A stretch of DNA of 63,895 nucleotides, counting the filler, from Octopus bimaculoides (taxonomy: Eukaryota): NCBI RefSeq assembly GCF_001194135.2. It is 6 parts of 6 records of this genome, joined end to end, with 100 filler letters (N's around TTAATTAATTAA, not from the genome) between each part and the next. Parts side by side here need not be neighbours in the genome. Positions count along the whole stretch, not along the records: positions 35,335 to 56,219 come from NC_068987.1; positions 56,320 to 59,203 come from NC_068981.1; positions 59,304 to 61,528 come from NW_026341355.1; positions 61,629 to 63,895 come from NC_068982.1; 2 more parts are not named here. One strand, written 5' to 3'. Under the pieces are notes generated by a model. It ran no database searches. It was given only the letters and a program-made list of their open reading frames with translations, and was not told where the DNA came from. A program made the position numbers and the translations under genes. This document shows positions 54,076 through 63,895 of this stretch, piece by piece (within the stretch, counting starts at the first letter, position 1; every line of letters starts with the position of its first letter).

Positions 54076-54724
54076 GCCATAAACCTATCTTAATAATGAA
54101 ACACAGAGGACTGCGAACATAGAATTAGCTGTAAGAAAAACGTACGTTATTAACAAAGGCCACAAATTTCCTATATGCTCTTTCAAATCAGCAGTTTATA
54201 TAAAATAAGTAAGTCATATATTTCATGTCGTTATATTAGGTTAAAATTTCATCCAGAATGATTTCATGCAATAATCTTACCCAAACTGATTGAGTTTCAT
54301 GAGTATGGAACAAGAGAATATTAGTTATAAATTGGTACACGTATATTCACGGCAAATACTAATACACTTTCATACAATTTATGATCATCAATTACTGTTC
54401 TTCCATAACAAAGCCATTAGAGTTAGAATGTGTCAAATACACTATTCTGTATCAGAAATTAGCATAAATAATATATTATATGCTAGAAAGTCGGTTCTGT
54501 TATTCAAGAAAAGCATTACAAATCATGCAAATCATGACAGATTTTAATAAAAGGTGAAAGTAGATGAGCAAATGCCCTTTATATGGTTTAATTTCACAAT
54601 GCTATAAAATACGCATACATTATATGGGCGTGTATGTGTGCGTGGGTGTGTATGTGTGTGTGTTTGTGTCTTATGTGGTTGTGTGTGTGTGTGTTAAATA
54701 TCTAGGAATCTATCTATAAACACA

Positions 54725-54880
54725 GTGAACTGGCAGAGCCGTTAGCACACCGTAAGAAATTTTTAGCGGCTTTTCATCCAATTTACGTATTGAGTTCTCA
54801 TTCCATCGAGGATGACGTTGATACTTTCGGCCTTTCAGGTCAATAAAATAACTACCAGAAAACACTGGGGTCGAATTAGA
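54725..54880 (+). mobile_element. SINE family C
   Basis: GGCAGAGCCGTTAGCACACCG...TTAGCGGC...GAGTTCTCATTCCATCGAGG...AATAAAATAACTACCAG..AACACTGGGGTCGA. Confidence 0.75.
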
Positions 54881-55593
54881 CCTTATGCCTGTGTGCCTGT
54901 AGCAGAAGGAAAATAATTTCTATACATCTGTGTGCTTGTATGCCGTATGTATATATACATATATTTCTGTATGATTCTACAATTACATCTACCTATGTTG
55001 TACGTATGTACGTATGAATGTATGTATGTATGCATGCATGTATGTATGTATGTATGTATGTATGTATGTATGTATGCATGCAAGCATGTATGCACGTATG
55101 TATGTATGTATGTATGTATGTATGTGTGAGTATTTGTGTGAAAGAGTAATGATCATATTACTTATTTGATAACAACTTTAGAATTTTGGAAAAAAGTTTT
55201 TCGAAATCAATACACATATTCTTACATATAGAGGGCAAAGGAATATTCAGTAAAACAACCAGCAACCTGTATCACGGCCTGGATGAAATTTCCGAAGGGT
55301 CTTCCTGCGTCTATCAGATGATCTTTACACACGTTCGCAGTAACCTCCATACGAAAACATAGACACACACATACACACACAGGTGAAGAAGGGCTATGGA
55401 CGACAAGGTACAGGGTGCAGAAAAAGCATCTTCATGCTTCTGGATATAAAGCGACGACTATACCAAAGTATAGATATGATCAACTTTGCAAGGGTCGCTT
55501 GATAAAGGGTGTATGAAATGTTATCAGATCGCAAAGTACACAAAATAGTCAGCGAGTGCAGGATACGAAACTGAAAATACACTTAGGACACCC

Positions 55594-55640
<47 letters not shown>

Positions 55641-55845
55641 AGAATAAGGGCAGAGAATCGTCAATTAATAATAGAATTAATAATTAACAATTTTGCCAAG
55701 TAGTTCAGTNNNNNNNNNNNNNNNNNNNNNNNNNNNNNNNNNNNNNNNNNNNNNNNNNNNNNNNNNNNNNNNNNNNNNNNNNNNNNNNNNNNNNNNNNNN
55801 NNNNNNNNNNNNNNNNNNNNNNNNNNNNNNNNNNNNNNNNNNNNN

Positions 55846-55960
55846 NGCTCAAGTCTACTTAGATGGCAAAAACGAGTACTACCTGTATTTCATTTGAAAG
55901 GCCTACCTTGTCGTATTGTGCTCCACGCTGAATCTCCCTGAGAACTACGTTAAGAGTACG
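55846..55960 (+). mobile_element. SINE family B fragment
   Basis: CACGCTGAATCTCCCTGAGAACTACGTTAAGAGTAC. Confidence 0.7.
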
Positions 55961-56171
55961 TAAGAGGAACTTACATTGATTGCTGCACGATGTTCTCTAT
56001 TCATGTACTACACACAATTCGGCTAAATATATAAGTGCTTTTTATATAACAAGCATCAATATTAAAGGTCATATCAAAGCAAATAACGTGCTGCTCGGTG
56101 TTCTAGCAAAGAATCCACATTAATGACATAAAGATTGCTTCGGTTGCTACTAAGCATAAATATATATATAT

Positions 56172-56219
<48 letters not shown>

Positions 56220-56595
56220 NNNNNNNNNNNNNNNNNNNNNNNNNNNNNNNNNNNNNNNNNNNNTTAATTAATTAANNNNNNNNNNNNNNNNNNNNNNNNN
56301 NNNNNNNNNNNNNNNNNNNTCTTATACACCAGATGTGCCATCAAAACTCTTGATTGGACCATGTCAGGTGGGGGAGAAGAGCCATGCGAGGAACGTGAAA
56401 ATCACGGTGGTGCACCAGCATGACCGCAGCCACTTGGCTGAAACACATAAATAAATAAATAAATAAAATATATATATAAGTATATATGTATATTTATGTA
56501 TATATTTGTACATATATATGTATGCATATATATAAATATATGTAGATGTATATTTATAGATGTATATATATATACATATAGATGTGTATATATAA

Positions 56596-56641
<46 letters not shown>

Positions 56642-57603
56642 TAATATGTATACATTTAAGTGTGTGTATATATATATATATATGTATTATAAAAAATTAA
56701 ATATAGAGATATAGAATTGACAATCCAATAATTTATGTATATTAAAATATTACATTAAATACTATGAATATAACGGAACGAAGCATGATATTATAGAACA
56801 TTAATTATAAAAACCATAATATATATATCTTTTCTGATACACATAATCAGAGGTCTATTATATATAAAGTCACTTCACGGTTATAATGTAGAAAAAGACG
56901 AAATTCCGTGTGAAAGGACGGCTGGATTGTAAAAATTAACTGAGATGTTTCTGAGTTATGAGCGTTAACTATTCACTCATACATCTATTAAAATTTTAAA
57001 AAACAACAAAAACACTTTAACGGACGATACGATCAAGTAAGTGCAATCCACAACCATCAAAATTCACTCCATTACATCACATACACATACCAATCGAATC
57101 CCTTTCATCTCCAAGATAGTCGCCAACACCCGAAACCATGTTATATGAGCATCTGGGCAGCGTAATCCTTATAGGTATGCTTTTTAATTCTTTGTCCGTT
57201 TCTTCACATACCGTTATTTTCAATGATTTTGGTGCCTTATGGCAGTTGAATTGAGACCTTACCTCTCATTCCTAAACAGGTTGATGCTCACTGCATCCTT
57301 AAGGTTTCGTGCTACTTTTATATTATATATATANNNNNNNNNNATATATATACATATATATATGTGTGTGTTTTAGTGCGTGTATATGTGCATGTGGCTG
57401 TGCCTGTTTCTCTGTGTCTGAGTGTTTGTGTGCAGTCATGTGTGTAAATGTAGACGTATGATTTTGTAGACTTAATTTCAATGGTCAGTGTCAAAATAGA
57501 ATTGCTTATTATAACTTCTTTATCGCTTCTTCAGTCCGTCTGTCTCTCTCTCTCTATCTCTCTCTCTCTCTCTTTGTCTCTCTCTCTCTCTCTCTCTCAC
57601 TCT

Positions 57604-57648
<45 letters not shown>

Positions 57649-57764
57649 NNNNNNNNNNNNNNNNNNNNNNNNNNNNNNNNNNNNNNNNNNNNNNNNNNNN
57701 NNNNNNNNNNNNNNNNNNNNNNNNNNNNNNNNNNNNNNNNNNNNNNNNNNNNNNNNNNNNNNNN

Positions 57765-57825
<61 letters not shown>

Positions 57826-57919
57826 TATATATATACATACACATATATACATATATACACATATATATGTATATTTATATACGTTGTTTTGTAAGAATTT
57901 GTATTTGCGTACGTGTGTT

Positions 57920-57963
<44 letters not shown>

Positions 57964-58227
57964 GCTATATATAACATATTTCTATGTAAATACAAATAAG
58001 CTTATAAGTATATACAATGCATTTATATCTACCTGCATATTTAATACAAATATGCATACTTTCATAGATACTTACAAACATATATGTATATATATATCTG
58101 TCATATTTATGTGTGGTCCATATATTTTATAACTATATACTGGAATGTATATATATATATATATACACACGTGTGTGTGTATGCTCATACAAATATGACT
58201 CTCTGTCTGTCTGTCAGTCTGTCTCTG

Positions 58228-58280
<53 letters not shown>

Positions 58281-58304
58281 TTATATATATATACTTCTAT
58301 AATA

Positions 58305-58404
58305 ATCTGATAAATTTGTCACTTACAAGATAGTCATCTGGTTTTGCCTACGGATCGTCGGCGAAACGAGATGGCAATCTTGTAAATGTCAAATTTTATC
58401 AGAT
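58305..58404. mobile_element. ~100-bp palindromic element flanked by TA (MADE-like mini-MITE or RNA hairpin)
   Basis: Left arm ATCTGATAAATTTGTCACTTACAAGATAGTCATCTGGTTTTGCC vs reverse complement of right arm ATCTGATAAAATTTGACATTTACAAGATTGCCATCTCGTTTCGCC; short loop. Confidence 0.7.
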
Positions 58405-58562
58405 TAATAAAAATATATACACTCTACTATCGTTTTCTATTGAGTAATTTTTCATTGACAGTGGCAACATCTGTGCTTACCAGCAAATACAACCAGTGAT
58501 GTATTTGTGTGTGTAGAGTGTGTACATGTTTTTTGGTCTTTGTACGCACATACACACGCTTA

Positions 58563-58602
<40 letters not shown>

Positions 58603-59024
58603 CAAACATACACACACATGCTTACACGCAAGCACATACACACACACATTTACAAACACATATATACATATTAATGTATGTGGTGGTATGTGTGAAGTTT
58701 CTCGCTTTCGTAACCAATGATTCGCTACCTCAATATTTAAAGTTTCACTCTTACTTAAAGCCAATATTTATTTCCTTGAATGCACGTCATGTAGTCACCC
58801 TTATTCCGAGTAAGACGGTTCTGCAATTTCTAGCTGAACAATCTCCCAAAATTATTCGATTATAGTTATCAAATATGTGTACTGTACATAAGCTCACTCT
58901 TGTCTTTCAACAATTCGACGTGGTTGGAACAGGTGTACGGTGTACCACACATCATCAGGGGCCGAAGTGATTGAAGAGCAATGTGAAAATATGTGTTTTT
59001 GCTGAAGAACACAAATCACCACCC

Positions 59025-59090
59025 ATTGCAGGATTCGAAACCTGATACTCGCGATCGTGAGTGTTACACTGTAACGACCAGGCCATGCAC
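59025..59090 (-). mobile_element. tRNA-like SINE head
   Basis: Reverse complement GCATGGCCTGGTCGTTAC...GGTTTCGAATCCTGC has A- and B-box-like motifs. Confidence 0.5.
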
Positions 59091-59148
59091 CCTCATAACT
59101 CACTTATATACACACACACTCACACACACATAGATATATGTGTGTATG

Positions 59149-59203
<55 letters not shown>

Positions 59204-59304
59204 NNNNNNNNNNNNNNNNNNNNNNNNNNNNNNNNNNNNNNNNNNNNTTAATTAATTAANNNNNNNNNNNNNNNNNNNNNNNNNNNNNNNNNNNNNNNNN
59301 NNNT

Positions 59305-59646
59305 AACCAACACACTCTTCACATTCCACACAGTTTCTCCTGCACCTCCTCCAACCTAATTTACTGCATCAGATGCGACCTATGTAACAAACTATACGTG
59401 GGTCAGACAGGCCACCTGCTGGCTGACCGTTTCACCGAACACCTAAAGGATGTTCGGCGAGGTTTGGACTTCCCCGTCTCTCGTCATTTCCACTTGGCTA
59501 ACCACTCCCCCTCTAACATCTCTGTTTTTGGCCTCGCTCTGCACCACGGATCTACTCCCTCGCAACTCCACCTGGAACAGCGCTATATTTTTAACCTAAG
59601 AACATCTTTCCCCTTCGGACTCAACACAGCCCCCTCCTCCTTATGA
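59305..59646 (+). CDS. Penelope-like element GIY-YIG endonuclease, open frame to stop (5' end lost in gap)
   Basis: HSFSCTSSNLIYCIRCDLCNKLYVGQTGHLLADRFTEHL...PVSRHF...HS...LEQRYIFNLRTSFPFGLN*; no internal stops. Confidence 0.85.
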   Translation, partial: NQHTLHIPHSFSCTSSNLIYCIRCDLCNKLYVGQTGHLLADRFTEHLKDVRRGLDFPVSRHFHLANHSPSNISVFGLALHHGSTPSQLHLEQRYIFNLRTSFPFGLNTAPSSL

Positions 59647-60630
59647 CTGTCTCCTCTAAGGCGAAGCAGCACTTTTCTTCATTTTTTTCGCTTTTTAGTC
59701 ACTTTTTTTCATTTTTTTATTTTCCTTTTTTTTTATATTAATCCCTCTTACGCCTTATCCACTTTACCTTATTTCAATTATTCACTATTTTATTTCAATT
59801 ATTACAATTTATTTCATCTCTTCCTACACGTACACATACCCACACACACAAAAAATACACACACCTGTACACACACATGAACGCACACATACCCCCACAC
59901 ACACAACACACGTATGCACTTACACGCTCAGATCCGTCCACACACACAAACGCACATACACACACACACACACATGCAAACACACATGCATACATATACA
60001 TACACACACACCAATGTACATATAATCCATATATACCCCCATTCACACATACCTCCCACACACCTGACAACCCATGCATACCCCCATATATACATATTTA
60101 TTTATATATATCTATTTATATATATATATATATANNNNNNNNNNNNNNNNNNNNNNNNNNNNNNNNNNNNNNNNNNNNNNNNNNNNNNNNNNNNNNNNNN
60201 NNNNNNNNNNNNNNNNNNNNNNNNNNNNNNNNNNNNNNNNNNNNNNNNNNNNNNNNNNNNNNNNNNNNNNNNNNNNNNNNNNNNNNNNNNNNNNNNNNNN
60301 NNNNNNNNNNNNNNNNNNNNNNNNNNNNNNNNNNNNNNNNNNNNNNNNNNNNNNNNNNNNNNNNNNNNNNNNNNNNNNNNNNNNNNNNNNNNNNNNNNNN
60401 NNNNNNNNNNNNNNNNNNNNNNNNNNNNNNNNNNNNNNNNNNNNNNNNNNNNNNNNNNNNNNNNNNNNNNNNNNNNNNNNNNNNNNNNNNNNNNNNNNNN
60501 NNNNNNNNNNNNNNNNNNNNNNNNNNNNNNNNNNNNNNNNNNNNNNNNNNNNNNNNNNNNNNNNNNNNNNNNNNNNNNNNNNNNNNNNNNNNNNNNNNNN
60601 NNNNNNNNNNNNNNNNNNNNNNNNNNNNNN

Positions 60631-61528
60631 CGGCAAGATGTCAATAGACAGCTTGCCGAATTATATCCAGGCAATGCAACCTCACATCGCCAATATGAAA
60701 GTAACAACTTTACAGGCGCATGAGGAGAAAGAAAAGGTCCTCAACGTTCACATGATGATGTCGACAATTGTTCTTGGACCCCAGAAACGCACAGCCAACA
60801 ATTTCCAAGCCTGGAACAACGATATCCCGACGTTGTATGGGCTTCGTAAGGACCACAAAGTAACTACTGATCCTGTAGTGGGACCACCAACAAGACTAGT
60901 CTGTGGAGCGGATGTCGCTAGCAACTACAGGATTTCCTACTTCCTCTCAATGATCATACACCCCATAATCCAGATGTCACCTGATGTTTGTGACAGCACG
61001 GAAAATCTCCTCAGCAGGATCAACGACTGTAACAACACCTGCGACCTGACAGTGTGTATAGTGGGTAGCATGGATGTGGTATCACTATACCCATCTACCG
61101 ATGTGGATTTTGCGGTGGAAAAGTGTGTGGAGATGATCAACGAGAGTGAAGTGGAGTTCCGCAATGTCAACACAAGAAGAACTGGGCCTCCTACTTAGAT
61201 TGACATATCACTATGTATATCTAGATAAACACGACCTTAGAGATTTCTGCCCTAGTAGACGTTTAAGAGGTAGACTACCCACAATTACCTCTATGGCTAG
61301 GAAGACCCCTATAGAGAGATGGAGTGGATGGACCAGAGCCATACGGACCCCCGCTAATATTCATCAGGTAAAGAAAATGATCGCACATGCACTAGGAGCT
61401 AGTATAAAGGTTACCCTAAAAGGCCACACATTTAAGTTTAACAACAAATTATATGCCCAGGATGAGGGGGCAGCCATCGGTGTTAGTATCGCCGGTGATG
61501 TGGCCAATCTCTTCATGGTATGGTGGGA
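60631..61528 (+). mobile_element. Penelope-like element reverse transcriptase, near-intact, truncated by gaps at both ends
   Basis: IPTLYGLRKDHK, GPPTRLVCG, GSMDVVSLYPS, QDEGAAIGVSIAGDVANLFMVWW; one +1 frameshift near 61174; same family as 43820-45700. Confidence 0.9.
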
Positions 61529-61628
61529 NNNNNNNNNNNNNNNNNNNNNNNNNNNNNNNNNNNNNNNNNNNNTTAATTAATTAANNNNNNNNNNNNNNNN
61601 NNNNNNNNNNNNNNNNNNNNNNNNNNNN

Positions 61629-61790
61629 GGGAGGGGTCGGTTAGGGAAGATGTGTGAAGTGGAGGGGTCGGACTGGAGACACCGGATATGACTGTTTGAT
61701 ATTACGACCATTTTAACCCCAGGCAGATCCTCGGATAGCTGGTTACTGGTGCAGCATGCAGCCTGTGTGTATTGCAAGGAGGGTACAGGA
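61629..61790 (-). pseudogene. Penelope-like element RT-thumb/linker fragment
   Basis: Minus-strand ...IRCLQSDPSTSHIFPNRPL, typical of the region just upstream of the PLE GIY-YIG domain; runs into the join gap. Confidence 0.6.
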
Positions 61791-61953
61791 TTTATGGGGA
61801 TAAAAATTGCTTCTTAGTATAGTTACTACTTTCATCTCTTATTGAGATTTTTCAACTAGCTACTTTGCTAGTATGTATATATATATTATGATTGACCGTT
61901 GACTGAACACTATTCAATTTTTTTTCTCCGTGTTTTTCTCCTTGTCTCCGTAT

Positions 61954-61990
61954 TCTTTCTGTTGAAGAGCGTAGCTCGAAACGTCAAAGA
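61954..61990 (+). ncRNA. Minimal hammerhead motif with a core variant (CUGUUGA)
   Basis: TCTTT-CTGTTGA-A-GAGC/GCTC-GAAAC-GT-C-AAAGA; GUC triplet; A6>U change; lies in a PLE-like 3' region. Confidence 0.65.
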
Positions 61991-62561
61991 CTTTCCGTAT
62001 TCCCGAGCGTCATACTAATATATACTTTTGTTATTTACACCACCTGTCCTCGTCTGTTGTTATTTTTTGTATATTCTCCCATATATATNNNNNNNNNNNN
62101 NNNNNNNNNNNNNNNNNNNNNNNNNNNNNNNNNNNNNNNNNNNNNNNNNNNNNNNNNNNNNNNNNNNNNNNNNNNNNNNNNNNNNNNNNNNNNNNNNNNN
62201 NNNNNNNNNNNNNNNNNNNNNNNNNNNNNNNNNNNNNNNNNNNNNNNNNNNNNNNNNNNNNNNNNNNNNNNNNNNNNNNNNNNNNNNNNNNNNNNNNNNN
62301 NNNNNNNNNNNNNNNNNNNNNNNNNNNNNNNNNNNNNNNNNNNNNNNNNNNNNNNNNNNNNNNNNNNNNNNNNNNNNNNNNNNNNNNNNNNNNNNNNNNN
62401 NNNNNNNNNNNNNNNNNNNNNNNNNNNNNNNNNNNNNNNNNNNNNNNNNNNNNNNNNNNNNNNNNNNNNNNNNNNNNNNNNNNNNNNNNNNNNNNNNNNN
62501 NNNNNNNNNNNNNNNNNNNNNNNNNNNNNNNNNNNNNNNNNNNNNNNNNNNNNNNNNNNNN

Positions 62562-62938
62562 ATGACCCAGTGGTTAGGGCAGCGGACTCGCGGTCATAGG
62601 ATTGCGGTTTCGATTCCCAGACCGGGCGTTGTGAGTGTTTATTGAGCGAAAACACCTAAAGCTCCACGAGGCTATGGCAGGGGAAGGTGGCGAACCCTGC
62701 TGTACTCTTTCACCAAAAACTTTCTCTCACTCTTACTTCCTGTTTCTGTTGTACCTGTAACTCAAAGGGTCAGCCTTGTCACACTGTGTCACGCTGAATA
62801 TCCCCGAGAACTACGTTAAGAGTAGACGTGTCTGTGGAGTGCTCAGCCACTTGCACGTTAATTTCACGAGCAGGCTGTTCTGTTGATCGGATCAACTGGA
62901 ACCCTCGACGTCGTAGGCGACGGAGTGCCAACAACAAC
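62562..62938 (+). mobile_element. SINE family B, full length
   Basis: CAGTGGTTAGGGCAGCGGACTCGCGGTCATAGGATTGCGGTTTCGATTCCCAGACCGGG...GGAGTGCCAACAACAACA tail. Confidence 0.9.
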
Positions 62939-63206
62939 AGATAGATACATAGGTAATACGGACAGGTAAGCTCTCTCTCTCACACACACACACACAAAGA
63001 CGGAAACCATATACCCACACAAACATACACACAAAGACATATGGAGACACATCTATACATAACAGACGCACGTACATACCCATACACATAGACACACGCA
63101 CGCACACACAAGGAGATAGAGGTACACACACATACATGCATACACAAACACATGAATATTCAGAATACATACATACATACGTACACACTCGCATGCATAC
63201 ATACAT

Positions 63207-63241
<35 letters not shown>

Positions 63242-63426
63242 TACATGCATACATATGTGCATACACAGGCACACACATGCGTACAGACAGACAAAGAACG
63301 CATCTCTAATAACGGACAGAGTTAACGTCCATTGATAAGGTTGCAAAATCAACGAAAACTTTGGAAGAGAAAATATAAATAATAAATGAATGGAAATCGA
63401 ACCAGTGAGTATGTTAGATAATAAGG

Positions 63427-63694
63427 TGTTGTATTTCCCTCGGAAGACTCGCAGAGATAACACAACGAGTTATACAAATTTAATTATTACATTTATTATT
63501 CAATTACATACAAAGAACGCATTCACAAAATGTTCGTTATGAATAAACAAAAGTCATGTCCGCCATATATATATATCAATTACCTTTTACTACGACAGTC
63601 ACACAAGACAACAACAATGAAACAATGAACTCAGACGAACCACAGTGACAAACGGAACGTCAGACGAATTACATATCTAACAGTCCATATAACA
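63427..63694 (-). mobile_element. 3' LTR (268 bp) of an LTR retrotransposon
   Basis: Minus strand begins TGTTATAT and ends ATACAACA (TG...CA, ~8-bp inverted ends); contains a TATA-like tract and AATAAA; directly preceded by polypurine tract AGTGGGGAGG. Confidence 0.75.
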
Positions 63695-63895
63695 CCTCCC
63701 CACTGAAATTGATGCTACACAAGAAGTATTAACAGCAAAGTCTCTCTTGGGTTTTACGGGTTCTCTTGGATCGTCTGGGTAACATGGTCTTGGGTCTGGT
63801 TTGTCTTTGAGTTAGTGGCACAGTTTCTGAGATCTCCATCGGGTGATCTGTTGCAAATTGAAATACAGTGTTTTCTGCATCACCAGGTTCATTGT
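63695..63895 (-). mobile_element. LTR retrotransposon internal 3' end (pol C-terminus plus PPT)
   Basis: Minus-strand frame ends ...MLPRRSKRTRKTQERLCC*, the RRS.R.R motif common at gypsy-type integrase tails; continues beyond the window. Confidence 0.65.

Noticed and set aside
58900-58970. Minus-strand CTGATGA...GAAT
   Set aside because: GAAA is absent and there is no stem I complementarity

Overview
AT-rich, microsatellite-saturated, gap-ridden eukaryotic DNA. The SINE families, repeat landscape and transposon mix look like an Octopus (cephalopod) genome; this is inference, not a database result. No host protein-coding gene can be supported: nearly all ORFs in the track are translations of (TA)n/(CA)n/(CT)n/(CAG)n repeats or N gaps. 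The window holds about 20 tRNA-derived SINE copies from three families, two mariner transposase remnants (one with a DD34D triad and a TIR), a Helitron helicase fragment, RTE-type LINE remnants, four MITE/foldback elements and the 3' LTR end of an LTR retrotransposon. It also holds many Penelope-like element (PLE) pieces (RT and GIY-YIG). The main hidden signal is a set of type-I hammerhead ribozyme motifs: five well-formed and three degenerate, from several families, most at PLE 3' ends or pseudo-LTRs. Five 44N-TTAATTAATTAA-44N linkers show the window is a join of at least six scaffolds. PLE colinearity suggests the 59304-61528 scaffold may be inverted.
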